The notes: generated by a model not told the origin, from the letters alone. A stretch of 64,000 nucleotides of DNA from Chlorobiota bacterium (GCA_016710285.1 JADJXR010000001.1:3573232-3637231); one strand, 5' to 3'; positions 31,601-40,888 are shown, numbered from the stretch's first letter. A program made the numbers and translations.

Positions 31601-32077
31601 GGGGCTGCCCTGCACCCTGGGGTACGGCTCCATCCAAGGACCAAATTGCGCTTGGCCCACCAGCTGAACCTCGAACCTCCGTTGCTCCACCCCGCGAACC
31701 GACCATTGGATAGTGAGTTTATCAACATACTTCCCGGGGAATCGTGGGGTGAATTTCACCTCAATCTCGGTTGATGTTCCCGGGCCAAAGCTGCGGACGC
31801 TTTGGAAGGCGCGGAAGTTCCCTTGCTTCTCGGTGAAGATTCCATCAATGCGGATTGAGTCGGTCAGTGACCGGTTGGAGAGAAGCACGGTTTTGGTGAT
31901 GGTGTCTTTCCCTGCTTCGATGCAATCGGTGAAGTCCAAGCGTTCGGGGAAGATGGTAAGCTGGGCAACGCCGGTTGCCGGCCCCATCAGGGCCAAAAGG
32001 AGAAAGATCGGCAGAGCCATCAAGCTCCGCAGAAGGAAGTTCCGCCCGATGATGTTTGGCATGGTCATGGTTGGCAT
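28676..32077 (-). CDS. Very large secreted surface protein with repeated Ig-like (choice-of-anchor-D-like) domains and a T9SS C-terminal sorting domain
   Basis: Signal peptide. About 1100 aa of repetitive beta-rich modules. C-terminal Por-type tail (KVFLDGCQIDQAGLFG...ATLRFTAPKG...GSGFYFLELRLGTQRSVVPVMISR). Confidence 0.65.
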   Translation of the reverse strand: MPTMTMPNIIGRNFLLRSLMALPIFLLLALMGPATGVAQLTIFPERLDFTDCIEAGKDTITKTVLLSNRSLTDSIRIDGIFTEKQGNFRAFQSVRSFGPGTSTEIEVKFTPRFPGKYVDKLTIQWSVRGVEQRRFEVQLVGQAQFGPWMEPYPRVQGSPGPPRATLDTVALADTSFRQLVLRNTSNCFPFTINQMEIEGDNASEFFLARAGVIPRTIPPNGFDTILIGVVPKSINGDPPSRILRTHLTFNKGDKWRRGEVLIDVVVVRTKYVIRPEAVDFRDVSVGAISPEQEVAIAVLGSSDKDFTSIEMIGNNAADFRFVAPPLPFRLNRGMDQARVIRVECAPTATGARYALLRLTTADGDRITIPLQANGKDDGFAIRPLLVDAGLVTVGDSITLADTILISKLQPPPASIVRVRIDGPDSAMFAVIGNLPADFTLLNPTHRFGVKFAPTRPGDCFARAHFLLPNNNRIRVELRGKGAAANHSIVWVPTTTDYGNVRVDSSLTIRVGLVNRGNTQEKITTVEMEGAAPSDFTILPLNLPATLHPVADTLWADVRFTPSAGGLRTASIRATAESGATAVQPIQGTGEVRDLTVSPSIIDFGEITNGSSITAANTIILTNTGSATIAVTEATIEGDTAGVFTLQGATDVKLTQGSQTTYSLTFAPNSVGSFSAGVVITLSEGDPIRIPIAGRSVPRPAQLQLINAPAEFGAVQIATNSQPVRIGITNVGEATETINSVAFAQNPDNVFAAQLPAAAQQLRGMAADTLWISTTFAPVAAQAYQGELLVDGVAGTTRIQLRGEGTTSGIGADPIRLELGTVMQGTPLAANNALAVKNRTTNATEVLRFRWIGGDSTAFTVAGNFPATVAPSGTEFYSVTFLPEAIRGYQAEGLFLLKNGGSIPVTITGSGGVPPVIYLDSAYRKVNERFDLRLYTSAFPGTAAASGGFAARIRFNPTALLLHEVTGRGISWKRLSAGVVEITSTDPSALANVELARLTMEGLVTGKPENEIAVEECTLLASGATLTTMPGKVFLDGCQIDQAGLFGRPAAIKELFPSPLSSEATLRFTAPKGTQPVAVILDPTGREVGTLPLPEGTGEEMETTLTFSTVGSGFYFLELRLGTQRSVVPVMISR

Positions 32078-32204
32078 ATGCTGCGTACCGATCACGTTGC
32101 AATAGAAGAGCATTCTTCACCACATAAAGTAACGGCAAAAATTGTGTGGCAGAAATTTTTTTACCCGTGTTACCTTTCTTGGAAGCATCGGATCAACCCC
32201 AGTG

Positions 32205-32816
32205 ATGACCCGCACAACCGCGATACCAGCCAATGTTTCGGAAAACGAAATCTTCCAGCAGTTCCTGGATGGTGACGACCAAGCGTTCGTCCAACTGTTT
32301 GAACGCTATGACCGCCGGCTGCGGCTGTACTGCGTAAAAATCGTGGGGGACCAACAGGTAAGCGAGGATTTAGTTCAGGAGTTGTGGGAGCGGGTGATAA
32401 AAATGCGGCGCGAACCGGTCCAGATTAACGAGCCGGGGAAGTATTTCATGACAATGGCCCGCAACCTTTGCCTGAAATATGTGCAACGCACCCGCCGGCA
32501 CACTTCGCTGGATGACCTTCTGGAATCGGAGCATCCAGCCGCCGAGCATCACGAGCAGTCGCACCTTGAGGAGCTTGTGGCGATGTACGTCCCCAAGCTG
32601 CCGATTGACCAACGGGAGGTCCTGGTGCTGCACCATTACATGGGATACCCTTACGAGGAGATTGCCACGATGCGAGGGGAGACGCTTGGTTCGGTGAAAA
32701 TGCGGGCAATGCGGGCGCGCGTCCGGTTGGGCCGCATGATTTCAGCAATGATTGACATCAGCAAGGAGGAGGAGCGACCCGCCTCTGGCGATATACTTGG
32801 AGAGAATGAACGATGA
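32205..32816 (+). CDS. RNA polymerase ECF-type sigma-70 factor
   Basis: Sigma70_r2 (LVQELWERV) and r4 (LPIDQREVLVLHHYMGYPYEEIA) regions. Divergent from the large T9SS protein. Confidence 0.8.
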   Translation: MTRTTAIPANVSENEIFQQFLDGDDQAFVQLFERYDRRLRLYCVKIVGDQQVSEDLVQELWERVIKMRREPVQINEPGKYFMTMARNLCLKYVQRTRRHTSLDDLLESEHPAAEHHEQSHLEELVAMYVPKLPIDQREVLVLHHYMGYPYEEIATMRGETLGSVKMRAMRARVRLGRMISAMIDISKEEERPASGDILGENER

Positions 32817-33517
32817 CACAGAATGAACGCGAGTTGCTTGTTGAGAAGTATCTATCCGGCGGCATGAATGCTGCCGAGGAGAGCGATTTCTTCATCAACG
32901 TGGCACTTGATACCAACTTACGGCAGGACCTTCGGGCGCAGCAGATGCTGCACCGGGCTTTTGCTTCCGATATTCGTGCTGCCGTCCCGCAGCAGGCTTC
33001 CTACCGGTCCAACATCATGGCACTGCTTGCCTCCACACAGGTGATTGGCGGGGCAGGGATCGGTGCCGGCGCGGGGGCATCGGGCGCGGCTTCCGGTTCC
33101 GGCGCGGCTGGCGCAGGGGCTGCCGCCACGGTTGGCACGGTTGCAACCGGGTCCCTGCTGACAAAAGTGATTCTTGGAACCGCCGTTGGGCTATCCCTTG
33201 CCGGTGGAACCCTGTACGTGACCGGGCAGTTCGGCAACAGCAACCAAGCTGAAACCCCGAACGCCGCCCCAGTTCAACATCACCTTGAAACGATTCCGCC
33301 GCAGTTGCAGCCGCCAACGTTGCAGCCATCAGCGTTGGAACAGCCAACGCCGCCGGCCCAGCCGCAAGCAGCATCCAAGCCAACAAAGCGGACCGCGCCC
33401 CCTGCCAGCCAGGCAAAACAAGCGGGGAATTCTGAAGAAACGGTGAGTGGTGACCAGGTTGTGACGGTCGGACCGGCAACAACCACCAAGCAAGGGAGTG
33501 CGACCCTGAATAAATAG
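32813..33517 (+). CDS. Putative membrane-anchored anti-sigma factor
   Basis: ATGA overlap with the sigma-factor stop. N-terminal cytoplasmic segment, a Gly/Ala-rich TM-like stretch and a Pro/Gln-rich C-terminal tail. Confidence 0.45.
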   Translation: MTQNERELLVEKYLSGGMNAAEESDFFINVALDTNLRQDLRAQQMLHRAFASDIRAAVPQQASYRSNIMALLASTQVIGGAGIGAGAGASGAASGSGAAGAGAAATVGTVATGSLLTKVILGTAVGLSLAGGTLYVTGQFGNSNQAETPNAAPVQHHLETIPPQLQPPTLQPSALEQPTPPAQPQAASKPTKRTAPPASQAKQAGNSEETVSGDQVVTVGPATTTKQGSATLNK

Positions 33518-33557
33518 CATTGTTCTCCGGTGTATCACCTCAGCGATACATCGTTAC

Positions 33558-33600
33558 GCGCCGAACGGGTTGACGTGTCCCGTTCGGCGCGTTAGTTTGT
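33558..33600 (+). terminator. Rho-independent terminator-like hairpin after the sigma/anti-sigma pair
   Basis: 12-bp stem GCGCCGAACGGG/CCCGTTCGGCGC, then GTTAGTTTGT. Confidence 0.45.
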
Positions 33601-33681
33601 GGGGACTGTGCTTCGGCAACGTGATTCAGCAACGTGCTTTGGAAGTGGCACAGCAACGGAAAAGAAACAGGGAAGGAAACC

Positions 33682-35520
33682 ATGACCACCGAGCGATTTC
33701 TCCAACTTCTGAACGAGCGCGTTCTGCTGTTCGACGGCGCGACCGGAACCTCGCTCCAAACCCAATATCTTACCCCCGAGGACTTCGGCGGGCGGGATCT
33801 TGACGGCTGCAACGAGTACCTTTGCATTTCCAACCCCCAAGCCGTTCGCAACGTGCATTATGGCTTTTTGGAGGCCGGTGCCGACATCATCGAAACAAAC
33901 TCCTTCGGCTCGGCTTCCATTGTGCTTGCCGAGTATGGCATTGCCGAGAAGGCCTACGAACTTAGCCGCCGCTCGGCCGAACTTGCCCGCGCCTGCGCCG
34001 ACGAATATTCCACCCCCGAACGCCCCCGGCTGGTTGCCGGATCGGTTGGACCCACCACGAAACTCCCGTCGCTTGGCCAGATTGATTTCGACACCATGGC
34101 GGCCGCGTTCCAGGAACAAATTGCTGGGCTGATTGATGGCGGCGCGGACCTTCTGTGCATCGAAACCTGCCAGGATCCGCTCCAGACCAAATGCGCTCTG
34201 TACGGAGCCATGGCCTACTTCGAACAGGCAGGGCGGACGGTTCCCATCATCGCCTCGGTGACGATTGAATCCACCGGAACGATGCTGATGGGGACCGAGA
34301 TCGCTGCCGCATTGGCAATCTTGGAACCGTACTCAATCATCACCGTCATCGGGATGAACTGCGCCACCGGCCCGAAGGAAATGGAGGAGAACCTTCGTTA
34401 CCTGTGCCAAAACTCCCCCAAACCAATTTTTGTGATGCCGAACGCCGGCATCCCCGAAAACATTGGCGGAAAGGCGCACTACCACCTTACGCCCGAGGAG
34501 ATGACCATGTGGATGAAGAAGTTCGTTGGGGAGTTCGGCGTTGCGGTGATTGGCGGCTGCTGCGGAACAACCCCGGCCCATATCAAGGCCCTGCGCGAAC
34601 TGATTGACACCGCCCCACGCGCCGAACGGAAGTGGGAATACACCCCCTCAGTGGCCTCGCTCTATTCCGCTGTCCCGATGCGGGTGGATCCCGCGCCGTT
34701 GCTGATTGGCGAGCGTTGCAACGCCAACGGCTCCAAAAAATTCCGTGAACTGCTTGCCCGCGAAGACTACGACGCGATGGTGGCAATGGCAAAAGAACAA
34801 GTCCGCGAAGGGGCGCACGTTCTGGACCTTTGCGTGGCCTACGTTGGCCGCGACGAACGCCGCGACATGGTGGAAGCCGTCAAGCGAATGGCCACCCAAG
34901 TCTCGCTCCCGCTTTGCATTGACAGCACCGAAGTTCCCGTGATCGAGGCAGCGTTGAAGCTGTATGGGGGGCGCGCCATTATCAACTCCATCAACTTCGA
35001 GGACGGAACCGCAAGAGCCGATGTGGTGCTGGAGCTTGCCCGGAAATTCGGCGCGGCGGTGATTGCCCTTGTGATTGATGAAGAAGGCCAAGCCGTTGAT
35101 TTCGACCGCAAAATTGCCATTGCCCAGCGCATCCGCGATTACGCCGTCCAGCAGCACGGCCTGCGCGAGGAGGACCTGATTTTCGACGCACTCACCTTCA
35201 CGCTGGGAACCGGGCAGGAGGAGCTTCGGCGCAGCGGGGTGGACACCATCAACGCCATCCGCGAGATAAAGCGGAGAATGCCGGGAGCCAAAACCGTGCT
35301 TGGCCTTAGCAACTGCTCCTTTGGATTGTCGCCCCTCACTCGGCAAGTTCTGAACTCCGTGTTCTTGCATCACGCCGTGGAGGCTGGGCTGGACATGGCG
35401 ATTGTCCACGCCAGCAAGATCATGCCGCTGTATCGCTTGGACCAGCGGGGCGTTGAGCTTGCCACGGACCTCACGTTCGACAATCGGAAGTATGAGGAAA
35501 TCGCTGCCGAGCTTGAGTGA
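33682..35520 (+). CDS. metH: Methionine synthase, homocysteine-binding plus pterin-binding modules only (no cobalamin-binding or AdoMet domains)
   Basis: S-methyltransferase domain with the Zn ligands GMNCATGP and GGCCGTTP. Pterin-binding domain (INSINFEDG..., GLSNCSFGL). The ORF ends at about 612 aa. Confidence 0.8.
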   Translation: MTTERFLQLLNERVLLFDGATGTSLQTQYLTPEDFGGRDLDGCNEYLCISNPQAVRNVHYGFLEAGADIIETNSFGSASIVLAEYGIAEKAYELSRRSAELARACADEYSTPERPRLVAGSVGPTTKLPSLGQIDFDTMAAAFQEQIAGLIDGGADLLCIETCQDPLQTKCALYGAMAYFEQAGRTVPIIASVTIESTGTMLMGTEIAAALAILEPYSIITVIGMNCATGPKEMEENLRYLCQNSPKPIFVMPNAGIPENIGGKAHYHLTPEEMTMWMKKFVGEFGVAVIGGCCGTTPAHIKALRELIDTAPRAERKWEYTPSVASLYSAVPMRVDPAPLLIGERCNANGSKKFRELLAREDYDAMVAMAKEQVREGAHVLDLCVAYVGRDERRDMVEAVKRMATQVSLPLCIDSTEVPVIEAALKLYGGRAIINSINFEDGTARADVVLELARKFGAAVIALVIDEEGQAVDFDRKIAIAQRIRDYAVQQHGLREEDLIFDALTFTLGTGQEELRRSGVDTINAIREIKRRMPGAKTVLGLSNCSFGLSPLTRQVLNSVFLHHAVEAGLDMAIVHASKIMPLYRLDQRGVELATDLTFDNRKYEEIAAELE

Positions 35521-35667
35521 TCCTTCCTGTGGCCGCGTGGCGCACGACGCCCGCATACGCCATTGCCCGAAATCAACATTCACCCAAACCTGATTCGTAG
35601 TTTCTGTTCCGCTGCGCCGGGCCTTTGCCTGGCGCGGCGGTAGCTTGTTCCAACCGCGCCGCGCACC

Positions 35668-36978
35668 GTGCTTTTGTTCTACCGCTATCTTGTCCGCCCA
35701 TTGCTTGACTTTTTGCTGCGAGCAATGGCCGTGCGTTCCCGCAAAGCGCGGCTGACGTGGCGGGGGAGGAAGGAGTGGAGAACGCAGCTGCGCCACGTTC
35801 CCCAAACGGCCAGCCATCGGGTTCATTTCCACGCGGCTTCGGTGGGGGAGTTCGAGCAGGCGAAGCCGATTATTGAGGCGATTCGGGCCACGTTCCCGGG
35901 CAGCGTTATCACCGCCAGCTTCTTCTCCTCAAGCGGAATGTGGCAGCAGGGGAACTACGATGGGGTTGATGCCGCCTGCCACCTTCCCCCCGACCGCCCC
36001 AAAGAAATCAACGAGTTTCTGGACCACCTTCGCCCCCAGCTTATCATCATCATCCGGTATGACCTTTGGCCCCAGCTGCTGGCCCAGGCCAATCGCCGGA
36101 AGATTCCGGTGGTGCTTGCGTGCGGCGTGCTGCATGGCGGTTCGGCGCGGTTGTTTCCGGTGGTTCGGCGCTTTTTCCGTTGGCTGTATGGCCAGCTAAC
36201 CCTTGCCTGCGTGGTGGGGCCGGAGGATGAACGGGCATTCCGGCAGCTTGCCCCAACCCTTGCGGTTCGCGTTGCTGGCGACACCCGCTACGACCGCGTT
36301 GTTGCCCGCACCCAGCAGCCATCGGCGACCCCGGTGCTGGCCGCGCATCTGCCGGGGAGCGTTACCCTGATTGCCGGAAGCACCTGGCCCGATGACGAAC
36401 GCCTTCTTGCCGAAGCCACCGCCGCCGAAGCCAGCCGCCTTCAACCAATCCTTGTTCCGCACGAGCCGACCCCCCAGCATCTGGACCCGCTCCGCAAGCA
36501 ATTCCCGAACGCCGTTCTCCTTTCCGAGCTTGAAAAAATTGAGATTGGAGGGAGTGAGTTTGAGGAGAGTGAGTCTGGAAAGAGTGAGCCTGAAGGGGCG
36601 GCAACCGGGAAGGAGCGGGGGGTGATTGTGGACCGCACCGGAATGTTATCGGGGTTGTATCGCCAGGGGGAGATCGCCTATGTTGGCGGCGGGTTTGGGG
36701 CGGGGGTTCACAGTGTGTTGGAGCCGGCGGCCTACGGAATTCCGGTTATTTGCGGCCCCGGAATCCACCGCTCGCGCGATGCCGTGGCGATGGAGAAAGC
36801 CGGGGCACTGATAGTGGTTGCCGATGCCGCATCGCTGCGCCAAACGTTGCTGCGGCTGCTGGATAACCCCGAAGAGCGGAATCGGCTGGGGACCGCTGCG
36901 CGCCAGTTTGTGGAGGAACGGGCCAACGCCACCGAACGAATCATTTCCACACTTTTGGAGAAGGGTTTGCTGGCGTAA
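35668..36978 (+). CDS. waaA: 3-deoxy-D-manno-octulosonic acid (Kdo) transferase
   Basis: N-terminal Kdo-transferase domain with the HAASVGE motif. GT-B C-terminal half. Confidence 0.75.
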   Translation: MLLFYRYLVRPLLDFLLRAMAVRSRKARLTWRGRKEWRTQLRHVPQTASHRVHFHAASVGEFEQAKPIIEAIRATFPGSVITASFFSSSGMWQQGNYDGVDAACHLPPDRPKEINEFLDHLRPQLIIIIRYDLWPQLLAQANRRKIPVVLACGVLHGGSARLFPVVRRFFRWLYGQLTLACVVGPEDERAFRQLAPTLAVRVAGDTRYDRVVARTQQPSATPVLAAHLPGSVTLIAGSTWPDDERLLAEATAAEASRLQPILVPHEPTPQHLDPLRKQFPNAVLLSELEKIEIGGSEFEESESGKSEPEGAATGKERGVIVDRTGMLSGLYRQGEIAYVGGGFGAGVHSVLEPAAYGIPVICGPGIHRSRDAVAMEKAGALIVVADAASLRQTLLRLLDNPEERNRLGTAARQFVEERANATERIISTLLEKGLLA

Positions 36979-37026
36979 ACCTTCCACGAAATCTCTATCT
37001 TTGCCCCCCAATTTCGGAGTTCACGG

Positions 37027-38526
37027 ATGAAGATTGCTTATTTCGATTGTTTCTCAGGAATCAGCGGCGATATGGCCGTTGGGGCATTGCTTGATGCTGG
37101 GGTGCCGCTTGGCGTGGTCCAGGAGGGGCTTGCGCGGATTGGGCTTTCCCCAAGCCAGCTGACGGTGCGCACCCGCTCAATCAGCCGCAGCCAAATCCAC
37201 GCCACAAAGTTCGATGTCCTTCGGCCCGATGGTGCCATCTTCGACGCGGAACCGGCGGAGCATCACCACCATCATCATGGCGACCACGATCACTCACACG
37301 ACCACGGCCATTCGCACGGTCACGGTCACTCGCACAGCCACGGTCACTCGCACGATCACGACCACTCGCACGGCCATTCACACGATCACAGCCACTCGCA
37401 CAGCCACGATCACTCACACGGCCATTCCCACGATCACGGCCACTCGCACAGCCATGCCGTAGCTGAAGTGATGGATGGCGAGAAGGCCCAGGGGGATGCT
37501 CATCACCACCATCACCACCACCATCACCATCATCACGGCAGTTATGCCGAGATCATTGCGTTGATTGATGGGAGCAGTTTGGAGGAGGGGGTGAAGGAGC
37601 GCGTCCGCAAAATTTTCCGGACGATTGCCATTGCCGAAGGGCGCATCCACAACATGGACCTGAGCGAGGTCCATTTCCACGAAGTCGGCGCGTTAGACTC
37701 CATTGCCGACATCGTTGCGGTGGCGCTCTGTTTGGAGCATTTGCGGGTGGAGCAGGTCTATTCCTCGGTGGTTCCGTTGGGTTCGGGGGGGATGATCCGG
37801 ACGCAGCATGGGGTGATGCCGCTTCCCGCCCCGGCCACGCTGGAAATCTTGAAAGGCTACCCCGTCACCCTGACGAACATCCCGATGGAGCTAACCACCC
37901 CAACCGGCGCGGGAATCTTGAAAGCCCTTTCGCGCGGGACGATTGAGCTTGAGCGTTTGCAGGTGGAGCGCGTGGGGTTCGGGGCCGGCACTCGCGAGCT
38001 TCCGGATCGCCCAAACCTGCTGCGGGTGGTGATTGGCGAGATAATCGGCGAGGAAGAGTTCGACACCGTCACGCTGATTGAAACGAACATTGATGACATG
38101 AACCCCCAAGTCTATCCCTTCTTGCTGGAGCGGTTGCTGGAGTCGGGGGCAATGGAGGCGTACCTGACCCCGGTCATCATGAAAAAAGGGCGGCCCGGGA
38201 TGGTGCTGTCGGTGCTGGCTCCGCACGGTGCGGTGGATGAGCTTACCAAAGTGATCTACCGCGAGACCACCACCATCGGGGTCCGTTACCAAACCCTTAC
38301 CCGGCGCAAACTGATCCGCGAGGAGATTCTAACCCCGTCGGAATTTGGCGTGGTTCGGATGAAGAAAATCAACAGCGCGGGGGAGCTTCGGGTGATACCG
38401 GAGTACGACGAAGCAAAGCGAATCGCCCGCGAGCGTGGGTTGCCGCTGCAGACCGTGCTTCGCAAACTTGGCGACGTTGCGCGCCAGGCCGCCAGCAAGC
38501 TGGCGGAAACCTCACCCGAGCTGTAG
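37027..38526 (+). CDS. larC: LarC-family nickel-insertion protein (DUF111) with a long His-rich insert
   Basis: MKIAYFDCFSGISGDM start. Conserved HFHEVGALDSIADIV. About 90 aa of (H-D/S/G)n and a H12 run. Confidence 0.75.
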   Translation: MKIAYFDCFSGISGDMAVGALLDAGVPLGVVQEGLARIGLSPSQLTVRTRSISRSQIHATKFDVLRPDGAIFDAEPAEHHHHHHGDHDHSHDHGHSHGHGHSHSHGHSHDHDHSHGHSHDHSHSHSHDHSHGHSHDHGHSHSHAVAEVMDGEKAQGDAHHHHHHHHHHHHGSYAEIIALIDGSSLEEGVKERVRKIFRTIAIAEGRIHNMDLSEVHFHEVGALDSIADIVAVALCLEHLRVEQVYSSVVPLGSGGMIRTQHGVMPLPAPATLEILKGYPVTLTNIPMELTTPTGAGILKALSRGTIELERLQVERVGFGAGTRELPDRPNLLRVVIGEIIGEEEFDTVTLIETNIDDMNPQVYPFLLERLLESGAMEAYLTPVIMKKGRPGMVLSVLAPHGAVDELTKVIYRETTTIGVRYQTLTRRKLIREEILTPSEFGVVRMKKINSAGELRVIPEYDEAKRIARERGLPLQTVLRKLGDVARQAASKLAETSPEL

Positions 38527-38541
38527 CCGCCAACAATTCCA

Positions 38542-39270
38542 ATGAACGGAGAGAAACGGGGCGGCGGCTTCGGCAACGGTGGGGGGCTTCTTCCGGCCCG
38601 TCGTGGCCTGCGTTGGTTGGCGGTGGCTTCGGTTGCAAGCGTCTGCGGCGTGGTGGTTCGTTCGGTGTATGTTGGGCATCCCTCGTTCCTGTTCCTTTTG
38701 TGGAATCTGTTGTTGGCGGCGTTTCCGTTGCTGTTCGCTTTTCTTGCTGCGCGCAATGCGGGAAAAGGAAACCGGCGGGGAAGGGTGATTGCGTGGGGGG
38801 CATTGTGGCTTCTGTTCTTCCCCAACGCGCCGTACATCATCACCGACTTCGTCCATCTTGGCTCGTGGGGCGAATCCCCCCTCTGGCTTGATGCCGTGGT
38901 GATTGGCAGCTTCGCCTGGACCGGGATGATGCTGGGCTTTGAATCGCTTGCGCTGCTGCAGGGGATCGTCGGGAAAAAATATGGCCACGGGATTGGATGG
39001 GGCTTTGCGGCTGCGGTGCTGGTGGTCTCCAGCTACGGGATCTATCTGGGGCGTTTTCAGCGGTGGAACAGTTGGGACCTTTTCACCCAACCCGCAGCCC
39101 TGTTTGCCGACATCTTTTCCAGCATCGCCCACCCATCCACCACGGTCCAAGGGCTTGCGCTGACGGTTGGAATGGGTGTATTCTTGCTGCTGTCCTATTT
39201 CTCTGTCATCACGCTGCGTGAGAAAAAATTTGGGGGGGAAGCTGGCATTGCCAACCCGGGGAAGGGCTGA
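38542..39270 (+). CDS. DUF1361 domain-containing membrane protein
   Basis: Multi-TM protein with the FFPNAPYIITDFVHL motif. Confidence 0.55.
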   Translation: MNGEKRGGGFGNGGGLLPARRGLRWLAVASVASVCGVVVRSVYVGHPSFLFLLWNLLLAAFPLLFAFLAARNAGKGNRRGRVIAWGALWLLFFPNAPYIITDFVHLGSWGESPLWLDAVVIGSFAWTGMMLGFESLALLQGIVGKKYGHGIGWGFAAAVLVVSSYGIYLGRFQRWNSWDLFTQPAALFADIFSSIAHPSTTVQGLALTVGMGVFLLLSYFSVITLREKKFGGEAGIANPGKG

Positions 39271-39308
39271 ATCCAGAATACTTCAACGAACACTGAACAC
39301 GAAACGCC

Positions 39309-40658
39309 ATGCCATATACCATTGCTGTTGTTGGGACCGGATACGTGGGGCTTGTCTCCGGAACCTGTTTTGCTGAATCGGGGAACCAGGTCCTTTGTGT
39401 GGACATTGACCCAAAGAAAGTGGAGATGCTGGAAGCCGGCGGAATTCCGATCTACGAGCCAGGGCTGGACCTTCTGCTGGAGCGGAACATCCGCGAACGC
39501 CGCATCCGTTTCACCCTGGACCTGGAGGCCTCCGTTCTGAAATCCGAAATCATCTTCCTCTGCCTTCCAACTCCGCCCGACGAGGATGGCTCGGCGGACC
39601 TGAAATATGTGCTGCAGGTGGCGCACGACATCGGCCAGATACTTCACCGCAACCCTGAAGTCGGCTACAAGGTGATTGTTGACAAAAGCACGGTCCCGGC
39701 GGGGACCGCCGATATTGTTCGCGACACCATCCGCCAGCAGGCTCCGAATGCCGATTTCGACGTTGCCAGCAATCCCGAATTCCTGCGCGAAGGGCACGCC
39801 GTGGAGGATTGCATGAGGCCCGAGCGCGTGGTGGTGGGGACCAACAGCCCACGCGCACGCACGATGATGATGGAACTGTACGAGCCGTTCGTCCGCAGCG
39901 GCAACCCGGTGTACATGGTCTCCGAACGGAGTGCCGAGGTTGCGAAGTACGCCGCCAACTCCTTCATCGCCATGCGGATCAGTTTTATGAACGAGATGGC
40001 CAATTTCTGCGAGCAGGTCGGGGCCGACATTGACGAGGTTCGTGTGGTGATTGGCGCAGACTCGCGGATTGGCAAGAAATATCTGTTCCCGGGGATTGGC
40101 TACGGCGGCAGTTGCTTCCCGAAAGATGTCCGCGCAATCCTGAAAACCGCTGCCGATCATGGTGCCCAGCTGGAGTTGATCAACGCAGTGGAGCGGGTGA
40201 ACCAGAAGCAAGGGCGCATCTTTTTCGAGAAGATCGTTGGCCATTTCGATGGGGATCTGAAAGGGGTTCGCATGGCCGCTTGGGGGCTTGCCTTCAAGGC
40301 CAACACCGACGACGTGCGCGAGTCGCCCGCGTTCCGCGTGATTGATCTGCTGATTGATGCCGGGGCCGAAGTCACGGCCTACGATCCCGAAGGGATGGAG
40401 GGGGCGCGCCAACGCTACGGCGACCGAATCCGCTACGGAGCCGGGATGTACGAGGCGGTTCGCGATGCCGACGCGCTGGTGGTCCTGACCGAATGGAACG
40501 AGTTCCGCAACCCGGACTTCCAGCGGCTGAGCGATGGAATGCGTGGCAAGGTGATCTTTGATGGCCGCAACCTGTTCTCCGGCGAGGATGTTGTCAAGCG
40601 TGGCTTCCGCTACTACTCCGTGGGCCGGCCATTGCAGGCGGGGGTGGAGAAGGAATAG
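39309..40658 (+). CDS. ugd: UDP-glucose 6-dehydrogenase family
   Basis: N-terminal Rossmann VVGTGYVGL. Central catalytic-Cys region GGSCFPKDV. UDPG_MGDP_dh C-terminal domain. Confidence 0.85.
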   Translation: MPYTIAVVGTGYVGLVSGTCFAESGNQVLCVDIDPKKVEMLEAGGIPIYEPGLDLLLERNIRERRIRFTLDLEASVLKSEIIFLCLPTPPDEDGSADLKYVLQVAHDIGQILHRNPEVGYKVIVDKSTVPAGTADIVRDTIRQQAPNADFDVASNPEFLREGHAVEDCMRPERVVVGTNSPRARTMMMELYEPFVRSGNPVYMVSERSAEVAKYAANSFIAMRISFMNEMANFCEQVGADIDEVRVVIGADSRIGKKYLFPGIGYGGSCFPKDVRAILKTAADHGAQLELINAVERVNQKQGRIFFEKIVGHFDGDLKGVRMAAWGLAFKANTDDVRESPAFRVIDLLIDAGAEVTAYDPEGMEGARQRYGDRIRYGAGMYEAVRDADALVVLTEWNEFRNPDFQRLSDGMRGKVIFDGRNLFSGEDVVKRGFRYYSVGRPLQAGVEKE

Positions 40659-40671
40659 AAGGGAGTTTCCC

Positions 40672-40706
40672 GTGGCCGCCCGGGCGTTTGTAAGGCGGCC
40701 ACGTTG
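40672..40706 (+). terminator. Terminator-like hairpin after ugd
   Basis: CGTGGCCGCC...GGCGGCCACG 10-bp stem. Confidence 0.35.
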
Positions 40707-40771
40707 TAACGAACATTTGTCTGGCGAAAAATCCTTTTGCGCAGTGGGGGGCGTGGGCGCATATTTGCCGC

Positions 40772-40847
40772 GCTTCCTTAGCTCAGTTGGTAGAGCAACT
40801 GACTCTTAATCAGTGGGTCGCCGGTTCGAGTCCGGCAGGGAGCACCA
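40772..40847 (+). tRNA. tRNA-Lys (anticodon CTT)
   Basis: Cloverleaf: acceptor GCTTCCT/AGGGAGC, D-arm GCTCAGTTGGTAGAGC, anticodon stem ACTGA/TCAGT with loop CTCTTAA, T-arm GCCGG-TTCGAGT-CCGGC, and 3' ACCA. Confidence 0.9.
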
Positions 40848-40853
40848 AGAATA

Positions 40854-40888
40854 AAAAAGCGACGTGTCCATTGCCCGTCGCTTTTTTT
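40854..40888 (+). terminator. Rho-independent terminator after tRNA-Lys
   Basis: AAAAAAGCGACG-loop-CGTCGC stem followed by T7. Confidence 0.6.

Noticed and set aside
33520-33681. SAM/SAH riboswitch upstream of metH
   Set aside because: Only a weak resemblance (GGGACUG...GCAACG) to SAM-I is seen, and no complete conserved core could be assembled by eye. The strong hairpin at 33558-33590 is better explained as the terminator of the sigma/anti-sigma operon. A covariance-model scan would be needed.
37243-37550. His-rich region in larC as a non-coding simple-sequence repeat or misassembly
   Set aside because: It is in frame, flanked by well-conserved LarC sequence on both sides, and codon phase is maintained. 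It is retained as a coding low-complexity insert, though its length needs read support.
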